Below are positions 39,649 through 51,000 of a stretch of 64,000 bases of DNA, in pieces. The first letter of the stretch is position 1. Every line of letters begins with the position of its first letter. The translations under genes were made by a program, and so were the position numbers. Where the stretch lies: the NCBI GenBank assembly GCA_963677745.1, contig OY782391.1, forward strand, positions 1,216,001 to 1,280,000. The letters run 5' to 3'. The notes beneath the pieces were generated by a model. That model saw nothing but the letters and a program-made list of their open reading frames with translations. It was not told where the DNA came from and ran no database searches. The DNA comes from Candidatus Altimarinota bacterium. Its GTDB lineage: Bacteria; Patescibacteriota; Gracilibacteria; UBA1369.

Positions 39649-40413
39649 TTAGATTAATTCCGAAAGCAGTTTGGAGGTCAGTTCAAAATAAGTCAGGTCT
39701 CCATCTTTAGCCTTCGGGTAGCTCAGAGCATACACGTTGGTTCTGGTTTTGACAACTAAAAATGCCTGGTCTTTGGGCACCTGGAAATTTATATAAAAAG
39801 AGCTCAAACCAAACTGATTTGTTTCATTGATGGTAACCCCCAGTTCATCCTTGATTTTTGCCCTCAGAAAATCATAAATCTCCTGAGTACTGGCATCGTC
39901 GGTAAAATTGAATTCATAAACTCTCAACACTGGCACCTCATTACCGTCAATTATCCGGGTAATTTTTTTATCCACAATGTCCAGATAACTGAGCATATTC
40001 AGATCAAAAAGCCCAAACAACTGTCCGTCAAAAGGGCGGGGCTTGACGATAAAATCCCGGTAACCTGCCTTGTCCAGAAGCTCATTGCTGATATTTCTGG
40101 TCAGAAGTTCGGTCTCGGCCGGATCGGTTTCGTCAGTTGTCGGATCCGGAATATTGTCTGACACCAGATTATTCACCAAATCTGTAAGTTTGTTTTCCTG
40201 CTTGGATTCCGCCGTAACAATCTCAACACTGGTATCCTGGTCAAACGCCCCCACAGTTTCAACCGGCTCCTGTTCTTCCGTTTCATCCGCACCCGCGCTG
40301 GGAAAAGGCTTTCTGACAGGGGAATCCTCCACATTGCTCAGTGCGATAAACAACACTATCAGAATGGACAGGATGGAGATTAAAGCCAGTGCTGTGGAAG
40401 ATTTGCTATGCAT
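39649..40413 (-). CDS. membrane-anchored hypothetical protein
   Basis: N-terminal TM, acidic linker, globular C-terminal domain; ATG 40413 or GTG 40431. Confidence 0.7.
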   Translation of the reverse strand: MHSKSSTALALISILSILIVLFIALSNVEDSPVRKPFPSAGADETEEQEPVETVGAFDQDTSVEIVTAESKQENKLTDLVNNLVSDNIPDPTTDETDPAETELLTRNISNELLDKAGYRDFIVKPRPFDGQLFGLFDLNMLSYLDIVDKKITRIIDGNEVPVLRVYEFNFTDDASTQEIYDFLRAKIKDELGVTINETNQFGLSSFYINFQVPKDQAFLVVKTRTNVYALSYPKAKDGDLTYFELTSKLLSELI

Positions 40414-40559
40414 ACAGCAATAATAAACCACCGGCTAGGCAAAAAGTAAAGAAACGAAATTCAGTAACATTTAAGAAAAAGTCTACCAAGGTAATTGTTA
40501 GAACTTAGCAAATATGTTAAAATAACAAGATATTTTTTAAATTATGTAAAAACAAATCA

Positions 40560-43500
40560 ATGAAAACAAAAAAAATATTCTCTAAACGATTTCTGCATAA
40601 ATATTTTGACCATATCAGGAAAATGGAGATGCGGGATCTACTTATTGCCTTGGCGGTGACGGTAATGTTGGTATCTATATCGCTGGCGGCGGGTCAGGGA
40701 CAATGGCCCAACACCAGTTCTCCTTCAGCTGTCCAACTAATGAATGGCGGCTGGGAGTCCCGGGGAGTAAGAACCAGCGATGGGAATTATATAATCGGTA
40801 TGATTGCCAACAATGTTGGTTTACAAAAATTAAATTCAGCAGGCAGCAAACTCTGGAACGGCGGAGACCCGATTGATATACCCGATTCCTACGCTGTAAA
40901 CGAAATTGTCGCAGATTCATCTGGTGGGGCCTTTGTCCTTTATGAGGGCACAAGCATAGGCAGCAGCAATAAATATATTAGGCACGTCGACGGCAGCGGT
41001 AATGAGCTCTGGACTGTCGGTCCGTTTGATTCAACGGAAGATAGCGAAAATAGTCCCAGAATACTTAACGACGGGAATGGCGGTCTGTATCTTGCCTGGT
41101 ATCGGTCTGACATGTCTGGGTACATCACCCATTTAGGCGCAGACGGTGATGTTTGTGATGTGGCCACCTGCGGTTATTCCTGGAATCCGGGAGGACCCGG
41201 CACCTATCGTGAGAAAGCTTTCCCAACTACCGGCAGCGTTAGTCCAGAACCCAAATTAATTCTCTCTGATTCAGGCAGCGTAATAGTTTCTTATATGGTG
41301 GACGCTGGTATCGACGTTACCAAATTTAATGCCGATAGCAGCTTTGCCTGGAGTCTGCCTGCAAGCTACCAGTCAATCATTGATCAGAATTACCTGATGA
41401 TGGCCGAGTCGGATGGTAATAACGGTATAAATATTGCCTATTGGAATAATGAAGGGGAAAATACCAATCTGATGATGTCCAGAGTTCTGTCCACGGGAGC
41501 TTTTTCTTTTGCGCCGAATAGCCTGACCATAAAAACTATCGATAATACAGCCCTGTATACCGGCAGTATGGCCAGTTCATCCGACAGCAGCGGCAATATG
41601 TATCTGGCCTGGCAGCAAGCCGACGTGGCCACGGACGAAACGGATACCTACGTCCAAAAGATAAATGCGTCCGGAGTAGAACAGTGGACCTCGGGTGGAG
41701 TTCTGATGGGTACCCTGGGCGACGGAATAAGCGATTATATCGAAAATTCATATCTTTATAATTTACCCCATACCATTGTTGCCGATGGTACCGGCGGTGC
41801 CATTGTAGCCATGAACCGAAACCAGAATATGGTTGGCGGCATGGTGGTTGGCCAAAGGGTATTAAACAACGGTAATTTGGATTGGGGCATAGGTTATTCA
41901 CTTACCAACAATCCCTTTGTGGACAGTGATGACATGCCGGATATAATCAGTAACGGATCAGGCGGGGCATTGTTCAGCTGGCATCAGTGGACAAACAGTG
42001 GAGAATTTGTGTCAGCTCAATTGGTTCAGTCCGCAGCACTTGGTCTGAATGTAACCGAGGTGCTGGATAGCTCCGTTCCGACACGGGGAGGTCAAATTGT
42101 AAACATCAAAGGCAGTGGTTTTATCAGTGGTGCCACAGTGGACATAGGCGGCTCAGCAGCCACAGATATTATTGTTCTGGCTGACAATGTACTGTTGGCC
42201 ACCGTGCCGGGCCATGCCATGGGGTTGGCTGATGTTTCTGTAACCATTCCCGGTCCGTCATCGTACATCCTAAACAATGGCGTGAACTATATTAATCCAA
42301 CGCCCGCGCTTAATTATTGCAGCGGTGGTTTCAGTAAAATCGATTATGACAGCGGACATGGCATAGCTTTGGCCATGGACGGCAGCGTCTGGACCTGGGG
42401 CAGTAATATTAATGGGCAGCTCGGTGACGGTACAACGACCGACCGCCAGGCTCCTGTAAAGATCAGCGGTCTGACCGATGTGATTGATGTTAAAGTAAAT
42501 TATAACACTTCGTATGTACTCAAAAGCGACGGAACCGTCTGGGCCTGGGGAAAGAACACCAGCGGCGAAATCGGCGACGGTACCTACACTGACAGGCATG
42601 CACCGGTACAGATCACTTCCCTGAGCAATATGACGCAGATTGAACCGATAGGGAATTGGGTTGTCGCCTTGAAAGGGGACGGCACGGTCTGGAGCTGGGG
42701 TTATAACGGATACGGGCAACTTGGTAACGATTCGATGGCCGAAAACAGCAATGTTCCAGTTCAGGCCACAGGATTGACAGGAGTACAAAAAGTTTTCGGA
42801 GAATTTGAAACCGCCTACGCCATCAAAACAAACGGAACAGTCTGGGGTTGGGGCTACAACTACTATGGACAGGTAGGTAATGGAACCACTGGCTTTTACC
42901 AGAGAACCCCGGTACAGGCAACTGGTATAACCACCGCGACAGATTTACATGCCGGCTTATATCACGTAGTGGTAAAACTAAGTGATAACACACTAATGGC
43001 CTGGGGAAAAAATGATGAGGGAGCGGTGGGTGACGGTACAACTACCAACCGTACAACCCCGGTACCGGTTAATGGGCTGACCGATATAGTCAAAGTAGAG
43101 GCGGCAACCAGTTCTCACAACCTGGCCCTGAAAAGTGACGGAACAATCTGGGCTTGGGGTCGCAATGAGGCCGGCACTATCGGTGACGGTACAAATATAC
43201 AGCGTAATTCACCCGTGCAGATAACCACTCTTACCAACGTATCTGATATTTTTTCTTACGAGCACACTGCCTTTGCCATCAAGAATGATGGAACTGCCTG
43301 GGGTTGGGGCTCGAACGGTACTGCCATGCTGGGTGACGGAACATATACGGACAGTAACGTTCCGATACAAATCCATAATCTGAGTAACGTAACTTATCTG
43401 CACGGCGATTTCTATAATATGGTGGCTCTTGAGGAGGATAACAGTGCCTATGGCTGGGGAGATACTTTCGATCCTTGGCTCGGCGCCGGAAACAACTATG

Positions 43501-44864
43501 GCTTCAATAGTTATGAGCCCGCCAGAATTTCGGGTACCGCCTGCAGTACGGTAATCGACCCGGTTCAGGGGTCAATTGGAGGTGGCACAGCAGTAACCAT
43601 AACCGGTGATAACTTCTACGATGGGGCTTCGGTAACATTTGACGGTCTTCCTGCTACTGATGTCACAGTCGTGGACATGGGAACAATTACGGCCACGTCT
43701 CCTGCGCATGCTGCCGGGGTGGTCAGCTTTTCGGTCACCAATCTGGACGGTCAGTCGGAAACATATGCCAACGGCTTCGAGTACAGCGGCGTGACGCCCA
43801 CGGTGACTGATGTATCACCGGCAAGTGGGCCGGCCTCCGGAGGAACAATGGTTTTAATTACAGGAACTGGATTTACAGGGGCCACTAGTGCATCGTTCGG
43901 AGGCTCGACTTGCAATGCGTTTAGTGTAATGGATGATACCTCAATTGAATGCGAAACTTCCGCTCATCATCCAGGTGCTATCATAGTCTCTGTAACAGGT
44001 CCTAATGGTACCGGAATGGGGCCGGGGCTATTTACTTACAATGCGGGAGGTCCCGCGCCGACTGGTGTGACTGCGACCCCCGGCAATGAACAGATTACTT
44101 TGAACTGGGATAACATGCCTGATGCCACGGGGTATAACATCTATAGGGTTATGGGCGGGGAACTGCCTTTATTTGTTCTCGAAGATACAGGAGGACCAAT
44201 TGTTATCAACAGCTATACTGTCACCGATCTGCCTAACAACATGGAAAGAAGATATGTGGTTACAGCGATTTATGCAGGAGGTGAAAGCGACTACAGCGAT
44301 CCGCCGGTTAGGGCAACGCCCACTGCCGGAGGAGGTTGTGTGGCCGGCCTCGGAGAGACCTGCGGAGAGATCACCATCGGATGTAATCTCGGCGGGACAA
44401 TCTCCATCAGCAATATTACGCCGGAGGCCACTTTTGAACCCCGCTCTACCAACTTCTATCAGGATCCCACTAACGCCCCCCTGGAGAGTGTTATCCAGGT
44501 GGACATAACTGATACACGCGGTTATGGAAGTTGTGGCGATGCCTCAACATTATCAATACAGAGCAGCGGCTTGGCTCTGGGAGCTTCCACACTGGGACTC
44601 AACCTTGGTACTGCTTTGACGCAGGGAAGTATCACCTGTCCGGACGACAATTGTGTACCTGATTCAGCCCATCTGTCAGATGTAGCCACAACTCCTGGAG
44701 CAACCGGCAGCATCGCCACCGGTGCTGACGTATTAAACCTTTCAGAGGGCTTTGACGGTACAATCAGACTGCAAATCAGCGGTGATAACCTGGAAGTGGT
44801 AAAACCGCTGGAGCCGATCAGCAAAGGTGATTATGTCGGAGATATCACTTTCACGCTAATCTAA
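40560..44864 (+). CDS. large secreted surface protein 2: propeller, IPT, RCC1-like repeats, 2 IPT, FN3, WxL-like cassette
   Basis: RCC1 repeats DGTVWAWGxNxxGQLGDGT; IPT GGTAVTITG; ends GDYVGDITFTLI. Confidence 0.88.
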   Translation: MKTKKIFSKRFLHKYFDHIRKMEMRDLLIALAVTVMLVSISLAAGQGQWPNTSSPSAVQLMNGGWESRGVRTSDGNYIIGMIANNVGLQKLNSAGSKLWNGGDPIDIPDSYAVNEIVADSSGGAFVLYEGTSIGSSNKYIRHVDGSGNELWTVGPFDSTEDSENSPRILNDGNGGLYLAWYRSDMSGYITHLGADGDVCDVATCGYSWNPGGPGTYREKAFPTTGSVSPEPKLILSDSGSVIVSYMVDAGIDVTKFNADSSFAWSLPASYQSIIDQNYLMMAESDGNNGINIAYWNNEGENTNLMMSRVLSTGAFSFAPNSLTIKTIDNTALYTGSMASSSDSSGNMYLAWQQADVATDETDTYVQKINASGVEQWTSGGVLMGTLGDGISDYIENSYLYNLPHTIVADGTGGAIVAMNRNQNMVGGMVVGQRVLNNGNLDWGIGYSLTNNPFVDSDDMPDIISNGSGGALFSWHQWTNSGEFVSAQLVQSAALGLNVTEVLDSSVPTRGGQIVNIKGSGFISGATVDIGGSAATDIIVLADNVLLATVPGHAMGLADVSVTIPGPSSYILNNGVNYINPTPALNYCSGGFSKIDYDSGHGIALAMDGSVWTWGSNINGQLGDGTTTDRQAPVKISGLTDVIDVKVNYNTSYVLKSDGTVWAWGKNTSGEIGDGTYTDRHAPVQITSLSNMTQIEPIGNWVVALKGDGTVWSWGYNGYGQLGNDSMAENSNVPVQATGLTGVQKVFGEFETAYAIKTNGTVWGWGYNYYGQVGNGTTGFYQRTPVQATGITTATDLHAGLYHVVVKLSDNTLMAWGKNDEGAVGDGTTTNRTTPVPVNGLTDIVKVEAATSSHNLALKSDGTIWAWGRNEAGTIGDGTNIQRNSPVQITTLTNVSDIFSYEHTAFAIKNDGTAWGWGSNGTAMLGDGTYTDSNVPIQIHNLSNVTYLHGDFYNMVALEEDNSAYGWGDTFDPWLGAGNNYGFNSYEPARISGTACSTVIDPVQGSIGGGTAVTITGDNFYDGASVTFDGLPATDVTVVDMGTITATSPAHAAGVVSFSVTNLDGQSETYANGFEYSGVTPTVTDVSPASGPASGGTMVLITGTGFTGATSASFGGSTCNAFSVMDDTSIECETSAHHPGAIIVSVTGPNGTGMGPGLFTYNAGGPAPTGVTATPGNEQITLNWDNMPDATGYNIYRVMGGELPLFVLEDTGGPIVINSYTVTDLPNNMERRYVVTAIYAGGESDYSDPPVRATPTAGGGCVAGLGETCGEITIGCNLGGTISISNITPEATFEPRSTNFYQDPTNAPLESVIQVDITDTRGYGSCGDASTLSIQSSGLALGASTLGLNLGTALTQGSITCPDDNCVPDSAHLSDVATTPGATGSIATGADVLNLSEGFDGTIRLQISGDNLEVVKPLEPISKGDYVGDITFTLI

Positions 44865-44919
44865 TCTGGAAAGTAATTAGAGATATCAAAACAGCCCCGC
44901 CGTACGGCGGGGCTGTTTT
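44325..44919 (+). repeat. C-terminal cassette repeat, copy 2, including 3' UTR and terminator
   Basis: 3' flank TAATCTGGAAAGTAATTA.AGATATCAAAACAGCCCCGCCGTACGGCGGGGCTGTTT shared with copy 4. Confidence 0.95.
44888..44919 (+). terminator. intrinsic terminator
   Basis: AAAACAGCCCCGCCG-TA-CGGCGGGGCTGTTTT. Confidence 0.9.
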
Positions 44920-45094
44920 CTAATCTAAAAATTCTATCCGTAATATTCGGCAACCAGACTTGAACCCTTGTCAAATACTCCAACGGTTTCCGTTGTTTTT
45001 TGCTCTTCTGCCGTAAAGTAAACAGTTGGCAGAGGGAGGGGAAATATGTTAAAATATAAAGATATTATCTAAAATTGATAAATAAAAAAACACA

Positions 45095-48000
45095 ATGCTA
45101 CAGCCAAAAATCATCCACACAGCGAAAAAGCTTCACTGCCATATTAAAACACATGGTTTCAAATACCTGGCCGGTTTGGCTGTTTTTTCTATACTGACCA
45201 CGGCCTTTGTCTATCGTCCATCCCAGACTCCAACTGCCAAAGCCGCGGCCAGCTATCTATGGAATACAATGTTGAATCCCGAAAACGCAACATATGAAGA
45301 TAGTGCAAAAGTGGTTCGAACATCATCTGGAAATTATTTTGTAGCCTGGGAAGAATCAGTGGCCTATGATTCAACAGACGACATAAAAATGGCCAAAATC
45401 GATGTCGATGGCAATCTAATCGGATCAATTATAACCGTAACGAACAGCGCTGCTAATGACGAAAATCGCGTGCAATTGGCTCCCGATAATTCAGATGGTG
45501 TTCAAATAGTGTTTACTACAGAGGCAGATGTTTATGCAGCTCATTACAATTCCAGTGGTAGTCTGACTTGCAGCAATGCAATATACCGGGGAAACGTGAA
45601 TCCTGGCGGTGGTGGAAACAAGGAACAAGTGGCAATGGAGACAATTCCCCAATTGCTGCACGATGGAAATGGTGGAATGTATTTTAGCTGGATTTTATAT
45701 GATGGTAACTGGCGGACCTATGTCACACACCTCGGTTCGGATTGCAATATGGACAGTGCCTGGAATCCCACGGTTACCAACTATGGTCCGTTCAAAGTTA
45801 TTGAAGCGTTAAACGTCGATGGCAGTAGCTTTAAAATGACTAGTGGCGGCAATAATGCCATGATCTGGACCGGTGATGATAGTGCATCAAATTATCTTAT
45901 TACTAACAAAATAGATAATACCGGTGCCTATGTGACCGGCTGGACAGGTACAAAATATGTATATACAGGATCAAGTACTTCTTCCGCTCACACAATTGCG
46001 TCGGATGGCAGTGGGGGATTGGTTGTGGCACACCAGGATTCAGCCGCCCTAATGGTGCATTTAACACACCTTAATTCCGATGGAACGGCAGATACTAATT
46101 GGGGCGGAACAGGAACGATTGACGTCTTAGACACTCCCTCAAATAGTCTGAATTGGGCCAGAGTAATTAACGATGGTACCAACAACTTCATTGTAACCTG
46201 GACTCGTGGGGAGGCGGGGCCTATCTACCACCAGTATATCCAAAAAGTATCCGGTTCTGATGGCCAATTACTTTGGGGAGCAGGCAGTCCGATAGAGGTT
46301 ATTTCGTCTGATACTAACGCACTGGCATCGGGCTCCACGGATAGTATTGTTCCGGACACTCACGGAGGTGCCTACCTGAGTTATACTACTTTTATGTGGG
46401 GATACAGACGCATACAAAACGTTAAATCTGACGGGTCGCTTGATTTTGGCAATATGGGTTATATGGATGGCCGCATATCAAATGGGTGGGAGCCCACCCT
46501 GGTTGTCGATGGGAGCGGAGGAGTGATAGCCGTTAGAACAGAACAATCTGATGCGCCTGATTTTGACTGGGATATTTTTGCGGAACGAATTGAGTCTGTC
46601 CCACAGATCGATTATGTCTCTCCAAACTATTCCTATATTGACGCTAACAATGTTATTATTACAATTTCGGGCAGCAGTCTGGCCGACATGACTACTGCCA
46701 CAGTCGGCGGTGAGCCCTGTACTCTTATTACCAAATCATCTTTTTCGTATGAATGCGAAGTAGCCACTATGTCCCATACGGCAGGATTGGTTGATGTATA
46801 TTTGGAAGGTCCTTCTGGCAACACTGGCTCCTCGGGAAATAATCTTTTTCAAATATATGGCCCACCAACTGTTACGGGTATGTCTCCCAACCATGGCAGT
46901 CCTGTTGGGGGGACCGAAATTACCATCAATGGTGACGGTTTTGGACCCGAGACCACAGTTTCATTCGGCCCAACCCTGGCCAATATTAGTACCTCATCGA
47001 GTGACAGAATTAATTTAACCTCCCCTGAAGGTACCCCAGGAGTTGTTGCAGTAACCTTAACCAATCCTGGAAATCAGACTGTTTCAGCAGGGGACTTTAC
47101 CTACGACGCATATCCCAGAGAAGGAGCATGGTCTGTCAATAATATATTGAAGGATGGTTATCCTGATATAACACAACTGTCCAAACAAAATCCATATATT
47201 ATCAAAGCCTCTGACGGTAATTATATTGCTGCCTGGACGCGTTACGGATCTGATATGGACCAGGACATTATTGTACAAAAGATTGATCAGACGGATGGTC
47301 ATTCCATCTGGCCTGACGATGGCGGGGGGAATGGCGGTATGCAAATAACCGACCTGGATGCCACAACCTACAGCCAGAATATTCAAACATATTCACATCC
47401 CAACCTGATAGCGGATAACAGTGGCGGTGCGTATTTTATCTTCAGGGAAGATCACTCATCTGTCGGCGGCGGACTAGATTTGATGATTCAACATGTCAGG
47501 GCTGACCATTCGTTACAATATGGACCTAATCCGCTTAATCTGACCAACAATTTGTCCGGTGTTGAAAATGACACCTACAATATCATCAGTGATGGCGCAG
47601 GCGGAGTATATGTCGGTGGATCAAACATTGATTGGAATACCGAGGAAAGACACGTTTTTGCCATGCGAGTTGCCTCTGATGAAACAGTCACTCCTATGCA
47701 GCCCAGTGGAGGAAATTTCCCTATTGGATCGCAAAGTCCGGCATTAGCGCTGGATAGTAGCCAGAACCTCTATGTAGTCTATAAAGTAATACAACCAGGC
47801 ACATCCACACACACCATCGAAGCACAAAGGTTTGCTCCCGACGGCACCAAACCGGGCGTCGGGCTGGATTGGCATGACACATTTAACATGCCATTGGTGG
47901 CCGGTGAAGAAATATATTCTCATGAAATAGCGGTTGATAGCAGCAATAATATTATTGTGATTTATAGCTCTTATGTAGATCCGGTTTCCAGGGTTGCGGC

Positions 48001-51000
48001 CCAAAAGATTAGCAGCGATGGCAGTTCCAGCTCCTGGTTTACTCCAGGCGTCGGAGGAACAGCGCTGGTTGCCTCAACAACAAATCCGGGGAGCCTGCAA
48101 ATCGTGCCCGATGGAGCGGATGGTGCCATAGCTGCCTGGAATGAAGGTAATAATGGAATAATCTATGCCCAGAAAATCAACACCGGCGGAGTGACGCAAT
48201 GGGGCGCTGATGCTCTTCAGGTTTCCAGCGGAACAAGGTGGGATTCTTTGTCAATAGTGAATTCAATTACTTCGGATGGAGCTGGAGGAGTTATATTGGC
48301 ATACTCGAGCGACCAGATCACGTTGCAGAAAATAGATAGCTCAGGTGCTCTACAATGGCCCGAAGCTGCGCCAGGTACCAGTGGTTATACAAGTTTCAGT
48401 GAATATACCAATAACATGGATCAGAATCCGGCCCTTGTAGGTGATGATCTCGGGGGGGCGGTAGTAGTCTGGATGGGTAGAACTATGATCGGCTGGGACA
48501 GCTACGACAATGTCTATGCCCAACATTATCAAATAGACAATACTCCGGTGCCGCTCAGCGTAGACCCGGCTTTGGGAAGTCCGGCAGGGGGTACCAATAT
48601 CACCATCAGCGGTATTCATTTTATCGATGGTGGCACTACGGTAACCGTTGGTGGATTAGCCTGCCAAAACATCGTAGTTAATTCCCCGCGTGAATTAACC
48701 TGTGACACCCAGGCACATGAAGCTGGAACTGTTGATGTCTCTGTGACAACCATTAATGGCACATCTACATTGACCGGAGGTTATGAATATGGTGAACCTG
48801 TGATTGTTCCTGAAGGAACGATTGAATTACATATTGCTGACAGCGTCATCGGATCCAATAGTGATACCGGTGCCGGTATTTCCAATGGAGATGACGCAGG
48901 AGGGCTTGCAGATCTTGATTTTACCGGTGCTCCCGCTACCGCTCCAGACACTTTTTCAGGTGCAGAGATATATACATTTAATTCCGGTGTTCCAACCATG
49001 AATCCGACCGCGTTAAATATTGAAAATCTGGACGGATTTGATTTAACTGGAGCTGATAGTATTCACCTTTCCAATGAGGATGACCTGATTAGTACGGTTG
49101 TCCCACTTGGTTTTACAACCAAAATATATGGACGCGATGTTGATTCCGTTGTTGTCGACTCCAACGGTCTTGCCTATCTGAATACCAGTGCCGATATGTC
49201 TGTAAATGATAGCAGTTGTTGCAACGGTTACAGCATGTCAAATTACACCGGAGTCGATTGGCCTGCCTCTGTCGACGGGTCTGCAACAGGAGACATAATG
49301 ATTGCGGCGAAATGGACTGATCTCCTGCCGCAAGCAAATCCAGGATCTGCAATTACCTATTCTACAGACGGAGTGGCACCAAACCGCCGTTTTGTAATTA
49401 CCTTTGCGGATGTTCCGTATCTTGATCCGGACACGACTCAAAATACATTTCAGATAAAAATTCTCGAGTCGGGGCCTGGGAGCGGCGTTACTGTTACCAA
49501 CGTTTTACCTGCCTCCGGCACTGACGCAGGAGGAACCCCCGTTTTGATTACAGGAACAGGTTTCACGGGAGCAACTGCCGTCTACTTTAAAACTGGGGTA
49601 GATCCCGAACCGGGAACGGCCTGTATAAATTTACTTGTTATAAACGACACACAAATCGAATGCGAAACCGGAGCGCATGGAGCTGCTTTGGTCAACGTCA
49701 AAGTCGTCACGCCGGGCGGAGAAGGAATCGGAAACGGCTTATACACATATACTGGAGCGGCCGGTGGCGTCCCTACAGACCTCTGGGGATCAATCAAACA
49801 GGTGGAGGGCAACGGAACCAATCAATATTTTGCTCCATTTATCTCAAAAACTAACGATAATAATTACATTATTGCTTATGCGGATTCTACTCTTGGTACG
49901 GGAAACGGGGAAATAGTTGCCGAAAAAATCAATGCCACCACTGGTGCAGATATGTGGGCCAGTCCGGTACAGGTTTCCACTAATGCCAGTATGGACATGA
50001 GCAAAACCATCCAAATGATTCCCAATGCCAGCGGAGGAGTTTTCATGGCGTGGCAAAATGTCAATGGGGACATATTGTTGCAGAGTATTGATGGCTCCGA
50101 CGGGGCATTATTATGGGATGCTGTAAACATTTCAGAATCTTTTAATGCTGACAGCAAACCGGTGATGGTTTCCGATAATGCCGGAGGAGTCTATCTGGCC
50201 TTTGTAAGACACTTCCCGGAAGGACGCTGGGGAATCGATAAAACAGAAGTCACTCGCGTCAATGCAGAAGGAACCGTCCACTCAGACTGGAATACTGGCG
50301 GCATCGGCAATTACCGTCTCTTTCTGGTTGATCATGGTATTGGTTCTTTGCGAACTATTAAGACTAACTCAGACAATGACCTTTTTGTTCTGACAGCCCA
50401 GGGGTCCATTGCCTACGTTGACAAACTAGTATCCACCGGACAGACAGACCCCGATTTCCCTTCGGTCAGCACTAGCTTAATGGGAGATTCAGATGGCGAA
50501 ATATCAGATATCATTGTAAATACCTCGGGAGGAGTAACCCTCTTTTATGAATCTCAAATGTTTATTGGATGGCCAACCTATCATGTTTCGGCAATCAGCT
50601 ACAATGATACCGGTAACATCAATTGGGCTCATTATTCTGTTACGGCAAACAGTTATGACAATCGGGCGGAAGATGATATTGCAGATCTTCATGTACTGGA
50701 CATGGGAGCACAACAATTGATTGCCTATGAATTCAGTAATGACAATAAAATATATGCCCAGAAAATAGATGCCACCACCGGGGAACCGATTTGGGCTGCT
50801 CCTGTTTCGGTTACCGATTCCACTGATGATTCCAATGCCAGTTTCTATTCTTTATGGGGCAATGTAAAACTGGATGCAATGATCAAGGACACCGGTTCTG
50901 GTGCATTCTTCGTCTATACTTCACAGGGGGCAGACTTCTTCTATCGCGTTCATTTGCAGCATATAGATACTAACGGATTAAAGATATTTGGCTCGAATGG

